In this document: positions 42,762 through 53,044 of the stretch, in pieces | Position numbering within the stretch: position 1 is the first letter of the stretch | Layout: each line of letters begins with the position of its first letter | DNA from: an uncultured Frankineae bacterium | Lineage (GTDB): Bacteria; Actinomycetota; Actinomycetes; Mycobacteriales; SCTD01 | Direction: 5' to 3' | NCBI GenBank assembly: GCA_902805775.1 | Contig: CADCUB010000120.1 | Coordinates: 2,153-66,152, forward strand | DNA length: 64,000 nucleotides | Translations under genes and position numbers: made by a program | Notes under the pieces: generated by a model | What the model was told of the DNA's origin: nothing | Seen by the model: only the letters and a program-made list of their open reading frames with translations | Databases searched by the model: none

Positions 42762-44282
42762 ATGAGCCTGAACATCGCCACCATGCTGCGCGAGTCCGCG
42801 CGCGCCACGCCCGACAAGCCCTACGTCCTCGTGCACGACCTGTCGTTCACCTACGCCCAGGTGGACGAGATCTCGGGCCGGATCGCCTCGGCGCTGCTGG
42901 CGACCGGGCTGACGCGCGGCGACAAGGTCGCCGTCCAGCTGCCCAACCTGCCGCAGTTCCTGTTCACCTACTTCGGCCTGATGAAGGCCGGCCTGGTGAT
43001 GGTGCCCCTCAACCCGCTGCTGAAGGCCGCGGAGATCGCCTACCACCTGCAGGACAGCGACGCCCGGGTCCTGGTCACCTTCGAGCTGTTCGCCGACGAG
43101 GCGGTCAAGGGTGCAGCTCAGGTCGAGGGTGTGACGACGTACGTGGTCAACCTGCCCGGCAACGACGTCCGCCCCGAGGGCACGCGGCACTACGACGAGC
43201 TGTACTTCGCCGAGGACACCCGCGAGATCGTGCCGACCGACGGCGACGAGACGGCGGTGCTGCTCTACACCAGCGGCACCACCGGCAAGCCCAAGGGCGC
43301 CGAGCTCACCCACCTCAACCTCTACATGAACTGCACCATCGCCGGCCAGCTGTTCGAGTTCAGGGACGACGACATCGGCATCGCGGTGCTGCCGCTGTTC
43401 CACGTCTTCGGGCTCTCGAGCGTGCTGAACGTGACGACGCGCTTCGGCGGCACGATGGTGCTCGTCCCGCGCTTCGAGCTGGCACCGGTCGTCGACGCGA
43501 TCGAGCGCCACCGGGCCACCATCTTCAGCGGCGTCCCCACCATGTACTTCGGCCTGCTGCAGATGGACACCACCGGACGCGACCTGTCGTCGCTGCGGGT
43601 GGGCGTCTCGGGCGGCGCCGCCATCCCCGGCGAGGTCATCCGCGGCTTCGAGGAGAAGTTCCCCGGCTGCGTGATCCTCGAGGGCTACGGGCTGTCGGAG
43701 TCGACCAGCACCACGACGTTCAACGTCAACGCCGAGCAGCGCAAGGTGCTCTCCATCGGCAAGCCCATCTGGGGCGTGACGGTGCAGGTCGTCGACGAGA
43801 CCGACAAGCCGCTGCCCCCCGGACCGGAGCACATCGGCGAGATCGTCATCCGCGGGCACAACATCATGAAGGGCTACTACAAGAACCCCGAGGCGACGGC
43901 CGCGGCCTTCGCGAACGGGTGGTTCCACACCGGCGACCTCGGCTACGCCGACGAGGACGGGTTCCTCTACATCGTCGACCGCAAGAAGGACCTCGTGATC
44001 CGGGGCGGCTACAACGTCTACCCCCGCGAGGTCGAGGAGGTGCTGTACGAGCACACCGCCGTCGCCGAGGCGGCGGTCATCGGCCGTCCCGACCCCAAGC
44101 TCGGCGAGGAGGTGGTGGCGTTCGTGGCCCTCAAGCCGGGCGCCAGCGCCGAGGCCGACGAGCTCGTCGCGTTCTGCAAGGAGCGGATGGCGGCCTACAA
44201 GTACCCCCGCGAGGTCCGCGTCGTGCCCGAGCTGCCGAAGGGCGCGACCGGCAAGATCCTCAAGAAGGAGCTGCGCGGGTAG
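42762..44282 (+). CDS. Long-chain fatty acid-CoA ligase
   Basis: YTSGTTGKPKG, EGYGLSE, HTGD, LPKGATGKILK. Confidence 0.94.
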   Translation: MSLNIATMLRESARATPDKPYVLVHDLSFTYAQVDEISGRIASALLATGLTRGDKVAVQLPNLPQFLFTYFGLMKAGLVMVPLNPLLKAAEIAYHLQDSDARVLVTFELFADEAVKGAAQVEGVTTYVVNLPGNDVRPEGTRHYDELYFAEDTREIVPTDGDETAVLLYTSGTTGKPKGAELTHLNLYMNCTIAGQLFEFRDDDIGIAVLPLFHVFGLSSVLNVTTRFGGTMVLVPRFELAPVVDAIERHRATIFSGVPTMYFGLLQMDTTGRDLSSLRVGVSGGAAIPGEVIRGFEEKFPGCVILEGYGLSESTSTTTFNVNAEQRKVLSIGKPIWGVTVQVVDETDKPLPPGPEHIGEIVIRGHNIMKGYYKNPEATAAAFANGWFHTGDLGYADEDGFLYIVDRKKDLVIRGGYNVYPREVEEVLYEHTAVAEAAVIGRPDPKLGEEVVAFVALKPGASAEADELVAFCKERMAAYKYPREVRVVPELPKGATGKILKKELRG

Positions 44283-44434
44283 GCGCCTCAGCGGGGCTCG
44301 TCCGCCCGCAGCGACGTCGCGCGGGGCTGCTGCGCGCGGCCGGGGCGGACAAGCGCGTGCGCGGGCGGGGAACACGCGTCCACAGCTCGACGGAGCGGCC
44401 AGGGGTGCCGGCGTCCGGCGGCTAGCGTGACGGC

Positions 44435-46549
44435 GTGGCGGGCGGGCGGGCGGTCGAGGCGCTGCAGGCCCTCGACGCCGCCCTCGCCGCGGTGCCCGGC
44501 GCCCAGCAGCGGCCGGGCCAGCGGGCGATGGTCGAGGCGGTCGCGGCGGCGCTGCGCTCCGGTGAGCACCTGCTGGTGCAGGCCGGCACCGGCACCGGGA
44601 AGTCGCTCGCCTACCTGGTGCCGGCGCTGGCCTCCGGCAAGCGGGTGGTCGTCGCGACCGCGACCAAGGCGCTGCAGGCCCAGCTGGTCGACAAGGACCT
44701 CCCCCGGCTGGTGACCGCGCTGGCACCGGTGCTCGGGCGGACCCCGACTCTTGCCCTGGCCAAGGGGCGGAGCAACTACCTGTGCCTGCAGCAGGCGCAC
44801 GGCGGTCCGGGGGCGCGCGACGACGAGCCCGACTCCCTGTTCGACGGACCGGCCTCCTCGCTCGGGACCTCCGTGGTGCGCCTGCGCGAGTGGGCGCAGG
44901 ACACCGAGACGGGGGACCGCGACGAGGTGCCGTTCCCGGTCACCGACCGCGCCTGGCGGCAGGTGTCCGTCAGCGCGCGGGAGTGCCTCGGCGCACGGTG
45001 CCCCAGCCGCGTCGAGTGCTTCGCCGAGAAGGCTCGGGAGTCGGCGAAGGAGGCCGACGTCGTCGTCGCCAACCACACCCTGCTCGCGCTCGACGTGTTC
45101 ACCGGCGTCTCGGTGCTGCCGGAGCGCGACGCGGTGGTGCTCGACGAGGCGCACGAGTTCGTGTCGTCGGTGACCGACGCGCTCTCGCACGAGCTGTCCT
45201 CCGGCGAGGTCCGCCGAGCCGTCGCGAGCGCCGCGGAGCTGGTCGGGTCGACGACGTCGGACCGGCTCGAGAGCGCCCGTGACGGGCTCGAGGGGGTGCT
45301 GGGCACGCTCGCGCCGGGCTGGATCCCGGCGCTCGACCGGCATGCCCTGGACTCGGTCGCCCTGCTCGGGCGGGTCGCGGTCGAGGCGTGCGGCGAGATC
45401 ACCCGTGACCTGTCCGCCGACGGCGACCTCGCGGGCGACGACGTCGAGCTGGCCCGCCGGGAGCGCGCCCGGGCCGCCCTGACCGCCGTCGCCGACGCCG
45501 CGCGGGAGATCGGGACGCCGTCGGTCTCCTCGGCCGTCTACGCGACGGCCGACGGCAGCAGCACCCGGCTGCGCGTGTCGCCGCTGCGGGTCGGCGGCGC
45601 GCTGGGCACCCGCCTGTTCGGCGAGACGACCGTCATCGCCACGTCCGCGACCCTCACCCTCGGCGGGTCCTTCCGCCACGTCGCGCAGCAGCTCGGCCTG
45701 GTCTGGCCGGCGGGCAGCGCCGTCGGCGCCGAGCGGGCGGGCGAGCCGCACGACGCCCGTGGGCCCGCCGCGGCCGACGAGGCGCTCGAGAGCGAGGACG
45801 AGGACCCGCCACCGCGCTGGCGGCACCTCGACGTCGGCAGCCCGTTCGACTACCGGCGTCAGTCGCAGCTGTGGGTCGCCCGGTCGCTGCCCGACCCCGG
45901 GCGGAGAGCGGTGTCCTGGGCGCGGGAGGTCGACGCGCTGCTCGCCGAGCTGGTGCAGGCGGCCGGCGGACGCACGCTCGGCCTGTTCAGCTCCACGGCC
46001 GCCGCGGCGCGCGCCGCCGCCGCCGTCCGCGCCGCGACCGACCTGCCGGTGCTGCTGCAGGGCGACGACTCGCCCGGAGCGCTGCAGCACGCCTTCGCCT
46101 CCGACGCGCGCACCTGCCTGTTCGGCACCCGCTCGTTCTGGCAGGGCGTCGACACCCCCGGCAGCGCCTGCCAGCTCGTCGTCATCGACCGCATCCCGTT
46201 CGGGCACGTCGACGACCCGCTGTCGCAGGCCAGGCTGGCCGCCGCGGCCGACGCCGGGCGCAACGGCTTCCTCGAGGTCACCCTGCCGCCCGCGGCGGTG
46301 CTGCTCGCGCAGGGCGCCGGCCGGCTCGTGCGCTCACCCGCCGACCGCGGCATCGTCGTCGTGCTCGACCCGCGCCTGGAGACCGCGGGCTACGGCCGCA
46401 CGCTGCTCGACACGCTCCCGCCGTTCTACCGCGCCCGCTCCAAGGAGTCGGTGCTCGCGTCCCTGCGGGCCGTCGACGCGACGGCGCCCGAGGTGCTGCC
46501 CGCCGGCCCGCCGCCTTCCCAGCGGCGCCGCGCTCTGGCCCGCACCTGA
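44435..46549 (+). CDS. dinG: DinG-family Fe-S DNA helicase
   Basis: RPGQ, AGTGTGKS, four Cys, DEAH, SATL, SPFDY, QGAGRLVR. Confidence 0.92.
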   Translation: MAGGRAVEALQALDAALAAVPGAQQRPGQRAMVEAVAAALRSGEHLLVQAGTGTGKSLAYLVPALASGKRVVVATATKALQAQLVDKDLPRLVTALAPVLGRTPTLALAKGRSNYLCLQQAHGGPGARDDEPDSLFDGPASSLGTSVVRLREWAQDTETGDRDEVPFPVTDRAWRQVSVSARECLGARCPSRVECFAEKARESAKEADVVVANHTLLALDVFTGVSVLPERDAVVLDEAHEFVSSVTDALSHELSSGEVRRAVASAAELVGSTTSDRLESARDGLEGVLGTLAPGWIPALDRHALDSVALLGRVAVEACGEITRDLSADGDLAGDDVELARRERARAALTAVADAAREIGTPSVSSAVYATADGSSTRLRVSPLRVGGALGTRLFGETTVIATSATLTLGGSFRHVAQQLGLVWPAGSAVGAERAGEPHDARGPAAADEALESEDEDPPPRWRHLDVGSPFDYRRQSQLWVARSLPDPGRRAVSWAREVDALLAELVQAAGGRTLGLFSSTAAAARAAAAVRAATDLPVLLQGDDSPGALQHAFASDARTCLFGTRSFWQGVDTPGSACQLVVIDRIPFGHVDDPLSQARLAAAADAGRNGFLEVTLPPAAVLLAQGAGRLVRSPADRGIVVVLDPRLETAGYGRTLLDTLPPFYRARSKESVLASLRAVDATAPEVLPAGPPPSQRRRALART

Positions 46550-46583
46550 CTCGGCCCGACGCGGGGTGCGGCACGATCATGCG

Positions 46584-47687
46584 GTGACCGACGTCGGAGC
46601 CACCCTCGGGGTCGAGGAGGAGTACCACCTCGTCGACGCCGAGACCATGGCGCTCGCCGACGCGCCGGACGTCGTGCCGACGGCCGTGGCCGCGCTCGGC
46701 GCACGGGCGCAGGGCGAGATCTCGACCAGCCAGCTGGAGGTGGCGACCAGCGTCCTGACGACGCTGGCCGGCGTCCGCGCCGAGCTGGTCGACCTGCGCC
46801 GCCAGGCCGACGCCGCCGCCCAGCGCCACGGCTGCCGCATCCTGCCGACCGGCACGCACCCGTGGGGCACCTGGCGCGACCAGACCCGCACCCCCGACCG
46901 TCGCTACGACGACCTCGAGGAGCGCTTCGGCCTGCTCGCCCTGCAGCAGCTCATCACCGGCACGCACGTGCACGTCGTCGTGCCCGACGGCGAGCTCGCG
47001 GTGCAGGTGCTCGACCGCCTGCGGCCCGACCTGCCCGTGCTGCTCGCGCTGTCGGGCAGCTCGCCGTACTGGGAGGGCCAGGACACCGCCTACGCCAGCT
47101 TCCGGACCCTGTGGTACTCCCGGTTCCCGGTCACCGGCTCGCAGGAGGTGCTGGGCGACCGCGCCACCTACGACCGCCTCGTCGCCGACCTGGTGGCCTC
47201 CGGCGTCGTCCGGGACGCCTCGCACCTGTACTGGGACGCCCGCATCTCTACCCGCTTCCCGACGATCGAGGTCCGCATCGCCGACACCTGCCCGCACCTC
47301 GACGACGTCGTGCTGCAGGCGGGTCTGGCCCGGTCGCTGGTGCGCGCGGCGGCCGCTGCAGCCGTCGCCGGCACGCCGTACCCGCAGCCGCGTCCGGAGC
47401 TCGTGCGGGCGGCGCGCTGGGGCGCCGCCCGCAACGGGCTCGAGGGCCTGCTGCTCGACCTGCACACGGGGCAGCGGCGTCCCGCGGCGGAGGTCGTGAC
47501 GGGCCTGCTCGACCGCTCGCGGGCCGACCTCGAGGACTCGGGGGAGTGGGACGAGGTGCACGCCCTCGCGCGGCAGGCACTGGCGCGGGGGACGTCGGCA
47601 GCCGAGCAGCGCCGGACGTACGCCCGCACCGGCGAGCTCGCCGAGGTGGTGCGCGGCGTCGTCCGCGACGCCGTGCCCGAGCCGTAG
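46584..47687 (+). CDS. YbdK/GCS2 carboxylate-amine ligase
   Basis: LGVEEEY, HVHV, SSPYW, YWDAR, TIEVRIAD. Confidence 0.92.
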   Translation: MTDVGATLGVEEEYHLVDAETMALADAPDVVPTAVAALGARAQGEISTSQLEVATSVLTTLAGVRAELVDLRRQADAAAQRHGCRILPTGTHPWGTWRDQTRTPDRRYDDLEERFGLLALQQLITGTHVHVVVPDGELAVQVLDRLRPDLPVLLALSGSSPYWEGQDTAYASFRTLWYSRFPVTGSQEVLGDRATYDRLVADLVASGVVRDASHLYWDARISTRFPTIEVRIADTCPHLDDVVLQAGLARSLVRAAAAAAVAGTPYPQPRPELVRAARWGAARNGLEGLLLDLHTGQRRPAAEVVTGLLDRSRADLEDSGEWDEVHALARQALARGTSAAEQRRTYARTGELAEVVRGVVRDAVPEP

Positions 47688-47720
47688 CGCCCGGTCCGGG
47701 ACGACTGGCCCCAGGGGCCC

Positions 47721-48554
47721 TCAGCGGCGGAACAGGTCCGGCGGGGGGCGGGGGGCCGCGCGGGCGGTCGCGTCCGTCACCGCCGCCGCACCGCCGCTGA
47801 ACTGCACGAGGTCCTCGCCGGTGACGACCCGCGCCCGCCCGGCGGCCCGCGACGCCCGGCGCACCAGGGCGTCCACGGGCAGCGGGGCGTCGCTGGCCGC
47901 CAGCACCAGGTTGGCGAACCGGCGGCCCCGCAGCACGGACGGGTCGGCGAGCAGCACGACGCAGGCGTAGGCGGCGAGCAGCGTCGCCACCTGCCCCTTG
48001 GCGAACGCCAGCGGCTTGCCGTCGGCGACGTTGACGAGGTGGACCCCGTTCGGCCGCAGCAGGCGCCGCACCTGCCCGAGCCACTCCAGGGTCGTGACGT
48101 GCACCGGCTGCTGGGCGGCCTCGAAGACGTCGGCGACGACCAGGTCGCTCTCGCCCGCCCGCAGGCGGGGCAGCTCGGTGCGCGCGTCCCCCACCCGCAG
48201 CCGGAACCCCGCCGTCCCGAAGCTCTCGCGCACCAGGCGCGCCAGCGCCTCGTCGGCCTCCACGACGACCTGGCGCGAGCCCGGGCGGGTCGCGGCGACG
48301 TACCGGGCCAGCGTGCAGCCACCGCCACCGAGGTGCACCGCCGACAGCGGGCCGGCCGGCAGGACGTCGACCACGTCGCCCATCAGGCGCACGTAGTCGA
48401 ACTCCAGGTGCGTGGGGTCGGCGAGGTCGACGTAGGACTGCGCCACGCCGTCCACCGACAGCAGCCAGCCGTCCTCGCCGTCCAGGTCGCGCAGCAGCTC
48501 GGCCTGGCCGAAGTCGACCGGCCACCGACCCGGTCGGGGTGCGGCCGGGCTCAC
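47721..48554 (-). CDS. Spermidine synthase-like methyltransferase
   Basis: VDGVAQSYV, HLGGGG, VGDAR, ADVF. Confidence 0.85.
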   Translation of the reverse strand: MSPAAPRPGRWPVDFGQAELLRDLDGEDGWLLSVDGVAQSYVDLADPTHLEFDYVRLMGDVVDVLPAGPLSAVHLGGGGCTLARYVAATRPGSRQVVVEADEALARLVRESFGTAGFRLRVGDARTELPRLRAGESDLVVADVFEAAQQPVHVTTLEWLGQVRRLLRPNGVHLVNVADGKPLAFAKGQVATLLAAYACVVLLADPSVLRGRRFANLVLAASDAPLPVDALVRRASRAAGRARVVTGEDLVQFSGGAAAVTDATARAAPRPPPDLFRR

Positions 48555-48568
48555 GCGGCGGCCGTCAT
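48551..48568 (-). CDS. 5-aa bridging micro-ORF MTAAA
   Basis: ATG overlaps the NUDIX stop (ATGA) and TGA overlaps the next GTG (GTGA). Confidence 0.4.
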   Translation of the reverse strand: MTAAA

Positions 48569-49017
48569 CCCTCGGGCAGCAGCGTGCGCAGGGCCGGCCA
48601 GGCAGCGGCGAAGGCCGGCAGCAGCGGCAGGCTGACGACCTGCTCGACCGGCACCCAGCGCAGGGCGATGCTCTCGCGGTCGGGCACCACCGGCAGCTGC
48701 TCCGGCACGGTCGCGACGATGGTGGTGTAGCTCCAGGACCCGTGGTCGGCGACGTGCTCGCCGAGCTGCGTCAGCCGGCTGACGTCCAGGCCGGTCTCCT
48801 CGACGGTCTCGCGCTCGGCGGCGGCGCGGGCGGTCTCGGTCGAGTCGCGGGCGCCGCCCGGCACACCCCAGGTGTCGCCGCCGTGGCTCCACGGCGCCCG
48901 GTGCTGCATCAGGACGTACGGCTTCCCGCGCGTCACCGCCAGCAGCCCGGCGGCGCCGAAGCGCCCCCAGTGCCGGTGTCCGAGCGTGCACTGCGTCCAG
49001 CCGTCCCCGTCCCTCAC
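48565..49017 (-). CDS. NUDIX hydrolase
   Basis: PGGARDSTETARAAAERETVEETG Nudix box; HWGRFGAAG. Confidence 0.92.
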   Translation of the reverse strand: MRDGDGWTQCTLGHRHWGRFGAAGLLAVTRGKPYVLMQHRAPWSHGGDTWGVPGGARDSTETARAAAERETVEETGLDVSRLTQLGEHVADHGSWSYTTIVATVPEQLPVVPDRESIALRWVPVEQVVSLPLLPAFAAAWPALRTLLPEG

Positions 49018-49090
49018 CCGTCCTGCCTACCTCCTGCGGCTCTCCCAGGCGAGCCGGCCCGGTGATCGTCGGCCCGGTTACGCTGCGTCG

Positions 49091-51670
49091 GTGGTCGACC
49101 TGCCGGTGCACGGCCGCGAGCCCAGCCACCTCGAGCCGCTGGGCGGGCTGGCGGTGGAGCAGCTGCCCGGGGCGGTCATCGCGGTCGACCTGTCCAGCAG
49201 CGTCGTGCACTGGAGCGCCGGTGCCGAGCAGCTGTACGGCTGGTCCGCCGACGAGGCGCGCGGCCGTTCCGTGCGCGAGCTCATCGCGCTGGTCCCCGAG
49301 CGGGCCGACGAGGTCCGCGCCACCGTCCACGCAGGACAGCAGTGGTCGGGGGAGTTCCGGACCGTGCGCAAGGACGGGACGCCGCTGCTGGTCTACGTCA
49401 GCAACGCCCCCGTGCGCGACGCCGCCGGCCGGGTCGTCGGCGTCGTGGGCGTGTCGCTCGACATCACGGCGTACGCACGTGCGCTGACCTCTCGGGCCGA
49501 CCAGCTGCAGGACGCCCGCCGGCGGGCCGAGCGGCTGGCCGACCGGCACGCCCGCCTGGTGCAGGTCAGCGAGGCGCTGGGGGCGGCCCTGGACGCCCGG
49601 ACCATCGCCGAGATCGTGGTGACGCAGGCCGTCGACGCCCTGGGCGTGGACGCCGGCGGCGTCGCCGTCGTCGAGCACGGCGCCCTGCGGGTGCTGGCGA
49701 CGGTGGGCTACGAGCCCGAGGTCGTCGCCATCTACGAGTCCCTGCCGCTGGAGGCCGCCACGCCGCTCACCGACCTGCTGCGGACCGGCCGGCCGCTGCG
49801 GACCGGGACCGCCCAGGAGCTGGCGGACCGCTACCCCGACCTGCGGCACTCCTCGCGCAGCGCGTCGTTCGCCGGGATCCCGCTCGAGTTCGACGGCCGG
49901 GTGCTGGGCGTGATGGCGCTGTCCTCCACCACCGAGCACGCCTTCCCCGACGAGGACCTCGACTTCCCGCTGACCCTGGCCCGCTCGTGCGCGCAGGCGC
50001 TCGAGCGCGGCCGCCTGTTCGAGGCCGAGCGGGAGGCCCGTCGGCGCACGACGTTCCTCGCCACGGCCAGCTCGCGCCTGGCCGAGTCGCTGGACTACCA
50101 CCGCACGCTCGACGCCGTGGCGGCGCTGGCCGTGCCCGCCCACGGCGACTGGTGCTCGATCCACCTGCTCGACGAGACCGGCGCGCCGCAGCTGGTGACG
50201 GTCCACCACCGCGACCCCGACCTGCAGGACCTGCTGAGCGAGCTGTTCGTGCGCTACCCGCCCCAGCCCGACCGCGGCTCCGGGATCGGCCAGGCCGTGG
50301 GGGAGCGGCGCCTGGTCCACCACGCAGCCTTCTCCGACGCCGTGCTGCGGGCCATCGCGCGCGACGACTGGCACTACGACGCCCTGCGACGGCTGGGCCT
50401 CGGCAGCGCCCTGGTCGTGCCGCTCGAGGTCGTCGGCCGGATCGTCGGGGTGCTGACGATCACCAGCGAGCGGCCGCACGCCTACGACGAGGCCGACATC
50501 GAGCTCGTCGACGACCTCGCCCACCGGATGGCGGCTGCGGTCGACAACGCCCTGCGCTACCGCGCGGAGCGCGAGACGGCGCTGACCCTGCAGCGCTCGC
50601 TGCTGCCGAGCACGCTGCCGGCGCTGCCCGGCCTGACCGTCGCCCACCGCTACCTGCCCGGGACGGCCGGCGCGGAGGTCGGCGGCGACTGGTACGACCT
50701 CGTGCCGCTCACCCGCGGCCGCGTGGGGCTGGTCATCGGCGACGTGATGGGACGCGGCATCGGCGCCGCGGCGGTGATGGGGCAGCTGCGCGCCGCCGTA
50801 CGTGCCTGCGCCCTGGTCGAGGACAGCCCCTCCGGGGTGCTGGCGCTCGTCGACGCCGCCATGTCCTCGCTCGGGCAGACGTCGCTGACCACCTGCCTGT
50901 ACGGCGTGCTCGACACGGCGGCCGGCACGCTGGTGCTGGCCAGCGCCGGGCACCTGCCCCCGCTGGTCGTGCACCGCGACGGCGGTGGGCAGTACGTCGA
51001 GCTGGACCCGGGCCCGCCGCTGGGCGTCGGCAGCGAGCGGGCGCCGGAGACGGTGCTGCAGCTGCCCGAGGGGGCACTGCTGCTGCTGTTCACCGACGGG
51101 CTGGTGGAGGGGCGGGCGCAGCCGGTCGAGGCCGGGCTGCTGGCCCTGCGCAACGCCGTCGCCGAGCTCGGCGAGCTGTCGCCGGCCGGCCTGGAGGGCG
51201 TCTGCGACACGCTGCTGCGCGACCTGGGCCGTGACGGCCGCCCCGACGACGACAGCGCGCTGCTGGCCGTCCTGACCGCCGGCCGCGAGGCGGGGACGGC
51301 GGGAGCGCACCTGCACCTGGCCGGCCACCTGTCGGAGGTGGCCCGGGCCCGGCGGCTGGCCGAGGAGTGGGCCGAGCGCACCGGCTGCGACGCCGACGAC
51401 GCAGCCCTGCTGGTCACCGAGCTCGCCAGCAACGCCCTGCGGCACGGCGGTCCCGGCGTCGACCTGTGGGTGCGGCCGTGCGCCGGAGGGGGTCTGCGCG
51501 TGGAGCTCATCGACGGCCGCGCCGACGCTCTGCCGCGACTGCGCCGCCCGGAGGCCGACGAGGAGGGCGGGCGCGGGCTGCTCATCGTCGCCGCGCTGGC
51601 CCGCGACTGGGGGACGGGGCGCCTGTCGGCCGGCAAGTGCGTCTGGTTCGAGCTGGCCCCGGCCGGCTGA
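49091..51670 (+). CDS. PAS-GAF-GAF-SpoIIE(PP2C)-HATPase sensor phosphatase
   Basis: AEQLYGW/RKDG (PAS), LQRSLL, GGDWYD, GDVMG, AGH, TDGLVE, ELASNA, GGRGL. Confidence 0.93.
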   Translation: MVDLPVHGREPSHLEPLGGLAVEQLPGAVIAVDLSSSVVHWSAGAEQLYGWSADEARGRSVRELIALVPERADEVRATVHAGQQWSGEFRTVRKDGTPLLVYVSNAPVRDAAGRVVGVVGVSLDITAYARALTSRADQLQDARRRAERLADRHARLVQVSEALGAALDARTIAEIVVTQAVDALGVDAGGVAVVEHGALRVLATVGYEPEVVAIYESLPLEAATPLTDLLRTGRPLRTGTAQELADRYPDLRHSSRSASFAGIPLEFDGRVLGVMALSSTTEHAFPDEDLDFPLTLARSCAQALERGRLFEAEREARRRTTFLATASSRLAESLDYHRTLDAVAALAVPAHGDWCSIHLLDETGAPQLVTVHHRDPDLQDLLSELFVRYPPQPDRGSGIGQAVGERRLVHHAAFSDAVLRAIARDDWHYDALRRLGLGSALVVPLEVVGRIVGVLTITSERPHAYDEADIELVDDLAHRMAAAVDNALRYRAERETALTLQRSLLPSTLPALPGLTVAHRYLPGTAGAEVGGDWYDLVPLTRGRVGLVIGDVMGRGIGAAAVMGQLRAAVRACALVEDSPSGVLALVDAAMSSLGQTSLTTCLYGVLDTAAGTLVLASAGHLPPLVVHRDGGGQYVELDPGPPLGVGSERAPETVLQLPEGALLLLFTDGLVEGRAQPVEAGLLALRNAVAELGELSPAGLEGVCDTLLRDLGRDGRPDDDSALLAVLTAGREAGTAGAHLHLAGHLSEVARARRLAEEWAERTGCDADDAALLVTELASNALRHGGPGVDLWVRPCAGGGLRVELIDGRADALPRLRRPEADEEGGRGLLIVAALARDWGTGRLSAGKCVWFELAPAG

Positions 51671-51699
51671 GGTCCGCCGGGCCGCCTGTCCGCCGCCCG

Positions 51700-53001
51700 T
51701 CAGGCGAAGCCGGGCAGGTGCTCCCGCAGGACGGGTCCGACCGGCACCTCGGCCTCGAGCTGGCACAGCACGCCCACCATGCCGAGCCAGACCCGGTGGG
51801 TGAACAGGTGCTCGGCCGGCAGGTCCAGCTCCAGCGCCACCGCGAACTCCGGGTTGCGCGGGTCGTTCACCCGCGCGAACTCGCTGCGCAGCCAGTCGCG
51901 GGTGAAGCGGAACCGCTCGGCGCGGGCCGGCACCGTGAACGGCGCCATGTAGTCGACCAGCTTGGCGACGTCGACGCTCGCCCCCGGCCGCACGAAGCCC
52001 TCCTCCTGCAGCCGCCGCAGCACCTCGTCGGGGTCGTCGCCGAGCAGCGCGGCGAGCAGGCGGCCGAAGGTCGAGGGCATCGACGGCAGCTCCAGCGAGG
52101 AGCCGAAGTCGAGCACCCCGAGCCGGCCGTCGTCGAGCAGCCGGAAGTTGCCGGGATGGGGGTCGGTGTGCAGCAGCCCGGCGCGGGCCGGCCCGCTGAC
52201 GAGGAAGCGCTGGTAGAGCAGCGCCGCGCGCTCGCGCTCGGTCTGCGTCCCCCGTCGGGCCACCGCCGCCAGCGGCGTGCCGTCCAGCCAGTCCATGACC
52301 AGCACGCGCGGCGCCGCCTGGCGGACCTGCGGCACGACGACGTCCGGGTCGCCTGCGTACGCGGTGGCGAAGCGGGTCTGCGTGCGTGCCTCGTGCAGGT
52401 AGTCGAGCTCCTCGGTCAGCCGGTCGCGCAGCTCGGCGACCAGCGGAGGCAGCGCGAGCCCCCGAGCGACCAGCGCCGCCACCCGCGACATCGCCGACAG
52501 CGTGCGGACGTCGGCGGTCAGGGCCTCCCGCACGCCGGGGTACTGCACCTTGACGGCGACCGGGCGCCCGTCGGCGTCACGGGCGCGGTGCACCTGCCCG
52601 ATGGAGGCGGCGGCCGTCGCGCTCTCCGAGAAGTCGGGCAGCCGCTCGCGCCAGCGCGGCCCGAGGTCGGCGCGCAGCACCGGCTCGACGTCCGCGAAGG
52701 GCAGGGGAGCGTTGGCCTCCTGCAGGCCCGACAGCGTGTCGCGCCACGTCGACTCGGGGTCGGGCGGGAACAGCGCCTCGACCGTCGACAGCAGCTGCCC
52801 GGCCTTGAGCGCCCCGCCCTTGAGCCCGCCCAGGACCCGGCGCGTGCGGGCGGCGTTGCGCTCGCGCAGCGACGCGGCCACCCGGTCGGGGTCCTGGCCC
52901 GCCAGCCGGCGCAGGGCGCCCTCGGCGGCCAGCGCCGCGGCGCCGGCCGGCAGCGAGGCCAGCTGCGCCGTACGGGTCAGTCGCGCGGTCGGGACGGGCA
53001 C
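51700..53001 (-). CDS. ABC1/AarF/UbiB family kinase
   Basis: LKAGQ, AASIGQVH, VAVKVQYPG, EELDY, HTDPHPGN, LDFG. Confidence 0.93.
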   Translation of the reverse strand: MPVPTARLTRTAQLASLPAGAAALAAEGALRRLAGQDPDRVAASLRERNAARTRRVLGGLKGGALKAGQLLSTVEALFPPDPESTWRDTLSGLQEANAPLPFADVEPVLRADLGPRWRERLPDFSESATAAASIGQVHRARDADGRPVAVKVQYPGVREALTADVRTLSAMSRVAALVARGLALPPLVAELRDRLTEELDYLHEARTQTRFATAYAGDPDVVVPQVRQAAPRVLVMDWLDGTPLAAVARRGTQTERERAALLYQRFLVSGPARAGLLHTDPHPGNFRLLDDGRLGVLDFGSSLELPSMPSTFGRLLAALLGDDPDEVLRRLQEEGFVRPGASVDVAKLVDYMAPFTVPARAERFRFTRDWLRSEFARVNDPRNPEFAVALELDLPAEHLFTHRVWLGMVGVLCQLEAEVPVGPVLREHLPGFA

Positions 53002-53044
53002 CCGACCAGCCTGCCCTGCCGAGCGTCCCGGACGCGCCGGCGGC

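Noticed and set aside
44370-44381. LexA box GAACACGCGTCC before dinG
   Set aside because: Core mismatch and wrong flanks relative to TCGAAC-N4-GTTCGA.
46579-46587. ATG-CGG-TGA two-codon ORF overlapping the ybdK-like start
   Set aside because: It lies between the putative -10 hexamer and a leaderless start, so it is probably not transcribed.
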